NCBI GenBank assembly: GCA_965198175.1
Contig: OZ240245.1
Span: forward strand, 3,675,030-3,739,029
Length of the DNA: 64,000 nucleotides
Direction of reading: 5' to 3'
From: Candidatus Poribacteria bacterium
GTDB lineage: Bacteria; Poribacteria; WGA-4E; PCPOR2b
The position numbers and the translations under genes were made by a program. Shown here piece by piece: positions 1-7,399 of this stretch (its first letter is position 1; every line of letters starts with the position of its first letter). The notes beneath the pieces are model-generated. The model was not told the DNA's origin. It worked only from the letters and a program-made list of their open reading frames with translations, and made no database searches.

Positions 1-168
1 GTCGGAACCTTAGACAAATACGGGAAGACGGCGGTGATGCTCAGTATTACTGAACACGGCGGGTATGTTAATGTGTACGGCAAAGGCGAGGGCAAGGCGG
101 TGATTGGAATCAACGAATACGGCAACGGCGTTGTCAACACGTGGGATAAAAACGGGTATCGGCAGTGA
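1..168 (+). CDS. partial CDS, 3' end only: C-terminus of an unknown protein with G/Y/N-rich strand-like repeats
   Basis: Frame 1 is open from the window edge to the TGA at 166-168 (..GGYVNVYGKGEGKAVIGINEYGNGVVNTWDKNGYRQ*). No start lies inside the window. It is not recognisably a Cas protein. Confidence 0.25.
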   Translation, partial: VGTLDKYGKTAVMLSITEHGGYVNVYGKGEGKAVIGINEYGNGVVNTWDKNGYRQ

Positions 169-310
169 TTGGCAATAATGTTCAGACATATAATGTCCCG
201 AATGCACGCTATGGTTCGGCTAAAGTAAAAGGAGGCGGTTGATGGATGCAATACCAGAGAGGCTAGACGGGGCGGGGCGATTGCTCGGTTCAAGTATGGC
301 AAATAAATGG

Positions 311-339
311 TTGACAGGTGAGAAGTAATCTGTTACTCT
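311..339 (+). promoter_or_regulatory. candidate sigma70 promoter facing the CRISPR-like array (TTGACA, 17-nt spacer, TACTCT)
   Basis: The -35 hexamer TTGACA lies at 311-316 and a -10-like TACTCT at 334-339. The region just upstream (172-310) is partly AT-rich and non-coding, like an array leader. The -10 is weak. Confidence 0.25.
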
Positions 340-612
340 AAGAATATCACAGTCGGTGTGGGGTGCTACGGCCGCCAATCCCGGTGGCCGCCCACACAAC
401 ACCTTTAGCACGGTGTATGATTGTGAGACTGTTGATTCCCAATACTTACTTACAATTAAGAGTTTTGCATCAATTCAACAGAACTGTTTAGTGTTCCAAA
501 TAAGTATCGCGTTAGATGTGACAGGCGGAAAGGTGTACTGGACGACTGTAGGCTTTTCCAGCGGCATCCAGCAAAGGTGGTACGGCGAAAGTGAATCTGA
601 TTTTCGCAAATC

Positions 613-650
613 GGTTTTCTGCGGAAAACAGGGGGGTACTTGCGAAACTT
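613..650 (+). repeat. 38-nt conserved element, copy 1 (..TTTCTGCGGAAAACAGGGGGGTACTTGCGAAACTT), followed directly by a repeat-tail-like TACGGCTGAAAG
   Basis: It matches 827-864 at 33 of 38 positions. The two copies sit in different reading frames of the overlapping track ORFs, so the conservation is not due to coding. Confidence 0.5.
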
Positions 651-767
651 TACGGCTGAAAGGACGGTATAACAGGCTGAAAACAGGGTGAAGTCTCTCA
701 ACCAGAATTTCACCAGACACCGCATAAAACTAGATGGGACACAGGTTGGAAGCAATGTTAGGGGTAG

Positions 768-804
768 GTTGCACTCTTTGACGCGATTACAAGCGGACTG
801 AAAG
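768..804 (+). repeat. CRISPR repeat R1 (perfect consensus)
   Basis: The 37-mer is identical to 1833-1869. Confidence 0.7.
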
Positions 805-826
805 AGGCATTAACACAGAGAAAATC

Positions 827-864
827 GTATTTCTGCGGAAAACAGGGGGGATTTTGCGAAACTT
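827..864 (+). repeat. 38-nt conserved element, copy 2, 22 nt downstream of R1; its G6 tract and TTG overlap the predicted start of ORF 854-1240
   Basis: It matches 613-650 at 33 of 38 positions. Confidence 0.5.
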
Positions 865-1240
865 AACAAATAACGTGGATGCGACCGCGATGAAAACGGG
901 GGAGCGCCTCAAGCGCGAGCGGCGGGTCTATGGTCGTTTGTACTTCCGCCGCTTGCACTTCCACAACGATTCATTTTGGCTTGTGTCGTTTCCCAGTCGC
1001 AAGGTTTTTGACAATTGCAAGCGTGCGGTCGAGGTGAGGCGGCTGCTAGGCGGGGCGTATCACTGCCGTTTGGAACGCATGGCTGCCAAAGACGCCAAGT
1101 GTGACGAATTAGTAATGGCCAGGCAATGCCATCACTACGAACCGGCGTCGATGATTGCCCTCGTCGAATACTTAGAACGTGATTGGAATGGCACGCCCCA
1201 ATGTCCTGAATATCATTGCATTCCGCCTCTGCCCGATTGA
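854..1240 (+). CDS. hypothetical Arg-rich and Cys/His-rich small protein (117-128 aa) embedded between CRISPR repeats
   Basis: The ORF runs from a TTG at 854, or an ATG at 890, to the TGA at 1238-1240. It contains several Cys/His clusters (CHHYEP, CPEYHC) that could bind metal. A degenerate repeat starts immediately after its stop codon. Confidence 0.4.
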   Translation: MRNLTNNVDATAMKTGERLKRERRVYGRLYFRRLHFHNDSFWLVSFPSRKVFDNCKRAVEVRRLLGGAYHCRLERMAAKDAKCDELVMARQCHHYEPASMIALVEYLERDWNGTPQCPEYHCIPPLPD

Positions 1241-1278
1241 TTGACACAATCGCAGACGCGGCAAAGCGGCTCTGCGGA
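1241..1278 (+). repeat. degenerate CRISPR repeat (TTGaCAC..GACGCGg-CAAaGCGGcTCTG)
   Basis: It keeps the TTG-CAC, GACGCG and CAAGCGG blocks of the repeat in the right order and at near-correct spacing. It starts 1 nt after the stop of ORF 854-1240. Confidence 0.45.
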
Positions 1279-1343
1279 ACTCGACCGACGGACGAACTAG
1301 TGAAGTCTTTTTTGGAGGCGATCAACTACGCAGAGGTTAGAAA

Positions 1344-1649
1344 ATGTCAATAACCTCACGAAGCTATACTATAGGGGAGGAGGTGATCAATCAATGGCAA
1401 GCAAAAAACGACCTGTTTACCCTGATAACCTGCCGAGCAAAAAAGAAGGAGCCAATGCGGGTAAAGGTAGAACAAACAACCCTAACCCAAAACACGGGAA
1501 GGCTCGTGACAAGTCTACATCTCGCAAAAAGTAGCATTATCGCCCTCAGGGAAGGCTTGGCTTACAATCTTTCCTTGAGGGCTAAGGATGCAAATCAGAA
1601 ATATCTGTTCCACTATGGTGGATGTTTGCGTAGGAGGAAATCATTATGA
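1344..1649 (+). CDS. hypothetical small ORF from the track (101 aa), with an alternative 46-aa Lys-rich ORF from the ATG at about 1394
   Basis: A strong SD (GGGGAGGAGGTGA) sits 7 nt before the ATG at about 1394. My hand translation of the printed sequence around 1437-1444 disagrees with the track by one A. With six A's the short basic ORF MASKKRPVYPDNLPSKKEGANAGKGRTNNPNPKHGKARDKSTSRKK is intact. Confidence 0.25.
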   Translation: MSITSRSYTIGEEVINQWQAKNDLFTLITCRAKKKEPMRVKVEQTTLTQNTGRLVTSLHLAKSSIIALREGLAYNLSLRAKDANQKYLFHYGGCLRRRKSL

Positions 1650-1759
1650 ACGACTACCGACGATGGGAAATACAAAATCCGATGCCGTGGTGGAAGATTC
1701 TCTTAATCTGGGTGGTGGCAGGGATTTTTTTTTGCCTACTCCACGGGCTGGGTTGTGAT

Positions 1760-1796
1760 TAAAAAAGACAGTAGAGAGTGACTAGCGGACTGAAAG
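1760..1796 (+). repeat. degenerate CRISPR repeat; the 3' 13 nt TAGCGGACTGAAAG are conserved
   Basis: It ends in GCGGACTGAAAG and lies exactly one 36-nt spacer (1797-1832) upstream of perfect repeat R2. Confidence 0.5.
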
Positions 1797-1832
1797 AACC
1801 ACAAGCCCATAGCCTTGATTCACTTGCTGAGA

Positions 1833-1869
1833 GTTGCACTCTTTGACGCGATTACAAGCGGACTGAAAG
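1833..1869 (+). repeat. CRISPR repeat R2 (perfect consensus)
   Basis: The 37-mer is identical to 768-804. Confidence 0.7.
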
Positions 1870-1904
1870 CGACGAAACGTGGACGTTTAAAGGAGAATTG
1901 AAGG

Positions 1905-2234
1905 ATGAAAAATAAGAATGAATTAGGCGGTTGCGGAACATTCGCTGTGATCGTATATGTAAGCGTAGTAGGTATCATTGCCGTTATTTGGATAATAGTA
2001 GAGGGTATACCTTATGTTGCAAAAGGCTTTTTGAAAGGCTTAAATGCTGTGGAAACTCGTGTTGGACCAACAGTTCGTAGAATAACCAACGAATCTACTT
2101 TACAAGATTTAAGAGACGATTACTACCATGGCATGAAAACCCCAAAGGGCTGGGACGCTGGCGAGTGGTACAAATACAAAACCGAAACCCCTGGAAAAGC
2201 ACTCCGATACCTTGACCGCTTGGCAATGGATTAG
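1905..2234 (+). CDS. hypothetical small membrane-anchored protein (109 aa; one N-terminal TM helix and a Lys/Tyr/Trp-rich C-terminal domain) embedded in the array
   Basis: The SD AAAGGAG sits 9 nt upstream of the ATG. A hydrophobic helix GTFAVIVYVSVVGIIAVIWIIV is present. Confidence 0.5.
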   Translation: MKNKNELGGCGTFAVIVYVSVVGIIAVIWIIVEGIPYVAKGFLKGLNAVETRVGPTVRRITNESTLQDLRDDYYHGMKTPKGWDAGEWYKYKTETPGKALRYLDRLAMD

Positions 2235-2267
2235 CGCATTGACAACTTTTTAACTTGAGGAGACTTT

Positions 2268-2489
2268 ATGCCACGAACCTTTTATAGTCGTTCCGATATA
2301 GTTGGCACCATCTCAATGCACAATATGCAAATTACAGATACGTTAGACCAAATCAAACGTGCCTTATCCGCTTATGGAAAAGACGCCGAACTTGTTGAAT
2401 GGGAAAATGAAGTTGAGGAGTTATTAAACACGCTCAAATCTAAGGCAAATACTTATGAGAAGGTTTTTAAGATTCGTCCTCTTCAATAA
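2268..2489 (+). CDS. hypothetical small acidic helical protein (73 aa), 33 nt downstream of 1905-2234; the pair may form a small operon
   Basis: The SD GAGGAG sits 8 nt upstream of the ATG. The 33-nt intergenic stretch looks like a vestigial repeat. Confidence 0.45.
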   Translation: MPRTFYSRSDIVGTISMHNMQITDTLDQIKRALSAYGKDAELVEWENEVEELLNTLKSKANTYEKVFKIRPLQ

Positions 2490-2575
2490 GGGAGATTAGC
2501 GGCATCTTCTGCTAATAGTCGTGCATTTACTTTACTGAGTATTCTGTCAGCAGCATCAGTAAGCATGTGGAAAGC

Positions 2576-2612
2576 CGCACTACCTTTGCCGCGATTACAA
2601 GCGGACTGAAAG
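2576..2612 (+). repeat. CRISPR repeat R3 (5' 12 nt diverged, 3' 25 nt perfect)
   Basis: The sequence is ..CTTTGcCGCGATTACAAGCGGACTGAAAG. A 36-nt spacer (2613-2648) follows. Confidence 0.65.
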
Positions 2613-2648
2613 ATTAGAACCCCTGCGCTAAACGCAAGCGATGGAATC

Positions 2649-2685
2649 GTTGCACTCTTTGACGCGATTACAAGCGGAATCACAA
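2649..2685 (+). repeat. CRISPR terminal repeat R4 (first 29 nt perfect, last 8 diverged)
   Basis: The sequence is GTTGCACTCTTTGACGCGATTACAAGCGG followed by aatcacaa. This is the pattern of a degenerate trailer repeat. Confidence 0.65.
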
Positions 2686-3060
2686 TCCAATAGAACGAAT
2701 GTACTCGTAGGCCCAGTAGGTGCGTAGCGTTTACGTCCAAGCTTGAGCCCAGATAATCTGTCATGTGTTTGTTGGCGAAATAGATAAAGACAACCCGAAA
2801 ATGCCAATCAAAGCATTGACATTAACTACGACTCCCAACGGCGGAAGCCATCACCATATACAACAATGAAGAAGAGTCCGTTGTTCGGATAGACATTGAC
2901 GATCGCGAGAACCCCTCTATTAACTGTTAACAAATCACAAGGATGCGTTTGCACCTGTCATTGAAAACGTGACGAAAACCCAGAAACCCAGTAAGTGAAT
3001 GAATTCTCGCGTGTGGTCCGCCATTCGCTTTAACGAAAAATAACAAAATGATAAAATATC

Positions 3061-3090
3061 TTGACAACAGATGATACCATCCCGTACAAT
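3061..3090 (+). promoter_or_regulatory. near-consensus sigma70 promoter (TTGACA, 18-nt spacer, TACAAT)
   Basis: The -35 is at 3061-3066 and the -10 at 3085-3090. It would start transcription at about 3097, toward the 3.1-3.6 kb non-coding or small-ORF region and the 3891 gene. Confidence 0.4.
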
Positions 3091-3615
3091 AGAAGCATTA
3101 ATCTTATGACGCTCTTTAAAAGCTGATCGGCAAGCCCAATAAGAGGCAGCCGGCATCGTCTTTGAACCCTAGACCGCAACAGATAGGCAGCACGAGTCAC
3201 TGACTACTCGCCACTGCTTTTCCTGTGAACAACCCCTTATTTGAATAACCACCGCGCAAGCGGGCAAGACAAACCCGAATGAGGCAGTCTTGAATCTAAA
3301 ACTGTCGCTTTTGGGTTTTTTTTGCTCGCTGCACCAACGACTGAAGCTTCAATGCCTCAAATTACACATGCTGAAAATGGATTACTATCCAAATCCAATC
3401 GCCTGAAACCGCTCTACAACTGGGTTGAAATTACTCGCATTTTATTCTTAATCCATTTCAAAAAATTTTCACATCGCCCGAACCCGCTCCACTACGAGAT
3501 CTCGGCCCGGAAAGAGGGAATTTCTGACCGCCAAAAATGGATTAGAATAGACTGAAGCCCAATCTTAAAGCAATGAGGTGAAAAAAATGCGCAAACAAAT
3601 CCAAAATGAAATCAG

Positions 3616-3722
3616 TTTTTGTAGGTTGGGTTGAGCGGTGATGATGAAACATGTGGACTATGACGAATCGGTTTGTTGGTCAATTGAATTCGAGAATTGT
3701 TGGATGAAGCGAAACGCAACGC
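3616..3722. repeat. left arm of an imperfect inverted repeat of about 105 bp (partner at 4990-5098)
   Basis: Positions 3616-3677 against the reverse complement of 5035-5098 match perfectly over 20- and 27-nt blocks. The match continues to about 3722 at roughly 80% identity. Confidence 0.6.
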
Positions 3723-3890
3723 TTTTTTATGCTTGAGATTGTGTTGAACGGGGTACGTGAGCAGAAAAACTACGGCCTAACTTCGCTATGGTGAACTGCA
3801 GAAACTAACGCAGTCGCTATTCGCTCAGTTGATCTCAACCCAACCTACAAGAACTACAAAAGCTAACGCTAAAGTAAGGGGGATTTTAAG

Positions 3891-4616
3891 ATGATTCGTG
3901 TATTTGCATCATTGGTGCTTGTCTTGGTATGCACAACCTGCGTTTTCTCTCACCCTGTTACCCTGAGATTCAATGTTACAAGTTTAACGGAAGAATCACA
4001 TATAGTGGTTCATGGCGTAGTTGAAAGCTTACAATATGTGTGGCGTGACAATCTTGCCCCTCGCCGGACGACGGACGTTACAATTAGAATCCAAGACATA
4101 CCCAAAGGCGAACCCAACCTTGGAGACGACCGAGTTATTTTCATGATTCCTGGCGGACGGGGATTAGAGGTGCCTCATACACCCAAATTTGACGTAGGAG
4201 AAAAGGTGTTGCTATTCCTGTTTTACACTCCAAGAGGGCCAGAAGCATGGCGGAAAATTCATGGTGGGCTTGTCGTAATCAATAAAAGGGAAGTGGCAAA
4301 TGATACGGAGGTATCTATTCCGTACACAACATATAAGGATAGGGTAGACGGTGGGAGCCCTGAAGTTATAGATTTCGATAAACCCATACATCTTCCTATC
4401 GATTTGGTGGTTAAGCTAGCAGAAGCTGCGTCTAAAGAGCCCCTACTGGTTTTAAGAGCCGAGGAACCAATAATCGAATTTGCTAAACACGCAGAGTGGA
4501 TTGAGTCGAGTAGGTTTACTAAGCCGGGCAAGGACTTATTGGACAGCGTGAAAGCAGATATTGATGAAATTCTAAAATTGAGCGCAAGGAAGGAGGAAAA
4601 CGATAATAAAAAGTAG
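3891..4616 (+). CDS. hypothetical secreted protein (241 aa) with an N-terminal signal peptide
   Basis: The SD GGGGG sits 8 nt upstream. A signal peptide MIRVFASLVLVLVCTTCVFS is present. The gene lies inside the inverted-repeat-bounded cassette. Confidence 0.55.
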   Translation: MIRVFASLVLVLVCTTCVFSHPVTLRFNVTSLTEESHIVVHGVVESLQYVWRDNLAPRRTTDVTIRIQDIPKGEPNLGDDRVIFMIPGGRGLEVPHTPKFDVGEKVLLFLFYTPRGPEAWRKIHGGLVVINKREVANDTEVSIPYTTYKDRVDGGSPEVIDFDKPIHLPIDLVVKLAEAASKEPLLVLRAEEPIIEFAKHAEWIESSRFTKPGKDLLDSVKADIDEILKLSARKEENDNKK

Positions 4617-4989
4617 AATAGCAATGATACTGGTGCTAATGGCTAATTTCTAGGCAACGATGGAATGAACCGGGTCCAGTGGTCGTAAGTTAGGTAGAGC
4701 AGTTTCGAAAAGGGTTGCTGCATAAGAAGGATTTGGTTTCGGGGGCTGAATTGGTCGTGATTCAATCGAAACCGAACTCTCTTTATGTGCTTGACAATGT
4801 GATTAGCGGGGGCCGTGAGCGGAAATAATGTGGAGAAAGCTATCGTACTCGCTATTCGCTCGCTTGATTCTATTCGGTCAATTGAGTTGTTCGCTCAGTT
4901 GATTGTATGGAATGCGTAACGGTAAATTTCCGGCGGGACGAATTTGGAACTTCGGAGAAAACTATCGCCTTCGCTGTCCGCTCAGTTGA

Positions 4990-5098
4990 TCGTTGGGTTT
5001 CGCTCCATCGAACAAATCTCGAACGCAATTAACCGACAAACCGATTCGTCATAATCCACATGTTCCACCACACCCGCTCAACCCAACCTACAAGAACT
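4990..5098. repeat. right arm of the inverted repeat (partner at 3616-3722)
   Basis: It is the reverse complement of the left arm. The internal direct repeat GCTATTCGCTCAGTTGAT occurs three or more times inside the cassette, at about 3795-3830, 4838-4905 and 4955-4990. Confidence 0.6.
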
Positions 5099-5287
5099 TA
5101 TCCGCATTGGACTGGGGCAGTAAGTGTAGAATCAATTAAAGGGATTCGAAAACGAACCTTCCAGCGTTTTGCAGTTGACACTCTAACCACATACTAATAT
5201 AATGTGTTGTACGAGTTGTACTGATTTTACGATTCAAATCGAGATTGTCTGAACCACTACGATTTTATATCGTCTACGGAATTCAAG

Positions 5288-6241
5288 ATGACAAACTTTA
5301 GAGCAATTTATCTGAATACTTTTATTGTTTTCACGTTCTCGATTGTGATGGCTGGTTGCAATACGACCAAACTCACCGTCAACCAAACAGTAAAGGTTTT
5401 TGCGAAAGCGTCCAAAACCTACGACAAGGAGGCGGACCTCATGCTAGCGGATGCTGGCATCATGTCAAACCTCAAGACATTTGAGGGATTGCAGGAGATT
5501 GTGCCGGAGAATGAGCGACTCCTGACGCTTACGGCGCGATCGTTTGCCTCATATGCGTTTGGCTTTGTTGAGGACAAAATGGAGGCAGCAGCGGCAGTTG
5601 GCGATTTCGAGACCGAATCTGAGATGCTCGCCCGGGCGATCGATTTTTATGAGCGTAGCAAACGGTCTGGTTTGAAGGCTTTGTCAAAGGCGAATTCGGC
5701 GTTCCCGGAAGCACTTGATGGCGAGCCGGAGAAGTTGGCACGCGCGTTAAAGCGATTCAAGAAAACACACGTGCCTGCGCTTTTCTGGACCGCATATGCG
5801 TGGGGTAGGGCGATTAATTTACAGCAGGACGATCCGATGCTGCTTGTCGATCTCGCCAAAGTAGAGATGATGATGCGCCGTGTTATCGAACTTGATGAAT
5901 CCTTTTACTTCGGCGGGGCGCATCTGTTTTATAGCGCCTACTACGGCAGCCGTTCACCACAACTGGGCGGCAACCCTGAGAAAGTGAAGCAACATTTACG
6001 AAAAGTGGACGAAATCAACAATGGCAAATTTCAGTTTAGTAAGTTGTTTCTCGCCCGCTATTACGCTTATCCTATTCAAAACCGGACGCTCTATGAAAAG
6101 ACGCTACAAGAGATTCTTGATGCACCGATCGACGTGTTCCCGGAACATCGGATATCAACCGCGATTGCTAAAGCGCGTGCTGAGCGTTGGCACGCCCAAA
6201 CAGACAATCTTTTCGGTGAAGCAGATGCCCACGATGAGTAG
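5288..6241 (+). CDS. TatT-like TPR lipoprotein, the T component of a TPAT-type TRAP transporter
   Basis: It has a lipoprotein signal sequence (..VMAGC). The body is helical and TPR-like. It sits immediately upstream of the DctP, DctQ and DctM homologues. Confidence 0.5.
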   Translation: MTNFRAIYLNTFIVFTFSIVMAGCNTTKLTVNQTVKVFAKASKTYDKEADLMLADAGIMSNLKTFEGLQEIVPENERLLTLTARSFASYAFGFVEDKMEAAAAVGDFETESEMLARAIDFYERSKRSGLKALSKANSAFPEALDGEPEKLARALKRFKKTHVPALFWTAYAWGRAINLQQDDPMLLVDLAKVEMMMRRVIELDESFYFGGAHLFYSAYYGSRSPQLGGNPEKVKQHLRKVDEINNGKFQFSKLFLARYYAYPIQNRTLYEKTLQEILDAPIDVFPEHRISTAIAKARAERWHAQTDNLFGEADAHDE

Positions 6242-6346
6242 CATCCAATGAAATGCAGTGGAGAGTTAAGAGCAAGTCTTTGCTCGCCACTAATCACTCT
6301 GCACCATAAAACACTCCACGCATGATTCGCAGCATCTGATAAAGAT

Positions 6347-7399
6347 TTGAGGTTTTTCAGACTGGAGAGACACATGACTCGCTTAACACAAATTTATCTT
6401 GTAATCTTCTCGCTCGCGATCCTTGTCATAATACCCACTGCTAGCGGCAACGAAAAAATTAAATTGGCAACACTCGCACCGAAAAACTCGTCGTGGATGA
6501 AGATTTTTTATGCGATGGGGAAAGAGATTCAGGAAAAAAGCGGCAGTAAGGTAAAGATTCAATTTTTTCCGGATGGGGTGCAGGGAGATGAAATCGATGT
6601 CATTCGTAAAATGCGCGCGGGCTTGCTTCATGCGGGTGCGATGACAGATGTCGGTTTGGGGGAGATTCATCAATCGGTGCTTATTTTTCAAACATTTCGC
6701 CTGTTTAATAACTATGCCGAACTCGACTACGTGCGCGATCAACTGCGGGATGGACTTGAAAAAGCGTTTGATGAGGCGGGCTATGTCCTACTAGGTTGGG
6801 GGGATATTGGTTACTACTATATTTTCAGCAATCATCCGATAAAGACCATCGAAGATCTCCGTGATCCAAGCGTCAAGGTGTGGGTACGGACGGGCGATCC
6901 TGTCTCAGAACACTTCTACAAAACCGTTGATTTCATAGGTGTTCCAGTGTCTGTGCCGCAGGTGCTGTTATCGTTGCAAACCGGGCAGATTAACGCTCTG
7001 ATTGTTTCGCCATTAGCGTGCGTCGCGCTGCAGTGGTATCCTAAGCTGAAGTATATGTCCGACATGCCAATCAGGATTGGAATTGGCGCAACGTTAATCA
7101 CTAAAGGAAGATACAATCAATTACCCGCCGAGGAGCAGAAGATTCTACGCGATACGGCACGACAATATCACCAGAAGCTCATCCAGCGCGTCCGGAATGA
7201 CAATGATAAGTCAGTCGAGGCGTTGACAAAAAAAGCGGGGATGCAGATAGTGACCATCAGCGATTCGGAGCGGGAGCGCTGGAACACGCGATGCGCCCAA
7301 ATGCGTGATGAACTCGCGGGAGAAATTTACCCACCTGCTCTACTTCAACAAGTGAACGCACTACTAGATGCTTATCGTTCAACACATCCACAAGATTGA
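6347..7399 (+). CDS. dctP: TRAP transporter substrate-binding protein, DctP family (TatP-like)
   Basis: It has a signal peptide and typical DctP-family motifs. The true start is probably M at about 6374. Confidence 0.75.
   Translation: MRFFRLERHMTRLTQIYLVIFSLAILVIIPTASGNEKIKLATLAPKNSSWMKIFYAMGKEIQEKSGSKVKIQFFPDGVQGDEIDVIRKMRAGLLHAGAMTDVGLGEIHQSVLIFQTFRLFNNYAELDYVRDQLRDGLEKAFDEAGYVLLGWGDIGYYYIFSNHPIKTIEDLRDPSVKVWVRTGDPVSEHFYKTVDFIGVPVSVPQVLLSLQTGQINALIVSPLACVALQWYPKLKYMSDMPIRIGIGATLITKGRYNQLPAEEQKILRDTARQYHQKLIQRVRNDNDKSVEALTKKAGMQIVTISDSERERWNTRCAQMRDELAGEIYPPALLQQVNALLDAYRSTHPQD

Larger units (their letters stand above)
611..2685 (+). CRISPR. decayed CRISPR-like array with consensus repeat GTTGCACTCTTTGACGCGATTACAAGCGGACTGAAAG, interrupted by ORF-bearing segments
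   Basis: Identical 37-mers lie at 768-804 and 1833-1869. A 5'-degenerate copy is at 2576-2612 and a 3'-degenerate terminal copy at 2649-2685. Degenerate copies are at 1241-1278 and 1760-1796, and a tail-only copy is at 651-662. Two spacers are canonical at 36 nt (1797-1832 and 2613-2648). The repeat 3' end ACTGAAAG resembles the 8-nt 5' handle left by Cas6 processing. No cas genes are in the window. Confidence 0.6.

Noticed and set aside
356-691. 111-aa plus-strand ORF upstream of the array
   Set aside because: It has no RBS and low-complexity, non-protein-like composition. It overlaps the conserved 38-nt element in a different frame from the element's second copy. The region is more likely a non-coding array leader.
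909-1325. 138-aa minus-strand ORF antisense to the cargo ORF 854-1240, and the 93-aa minus ORF at 2483-2764
   Set aside because: Both are antisense overlaps with no RBS. The 2483-2764 ORF runs straight through CRISPR repeats R3 and R4.
805-2575. The 0.4-0.7-kb inter-repeat segments being genuine giant spacers
   Set aside because: Degenerate repeats at 1241-1278 and 1760-1796 subdivide them. Each segment holds an ORF with its own RBS. Acquisition of kilobase spacers is not known. Insertion of genes between repeats is a better fit than true spacer acquisition.
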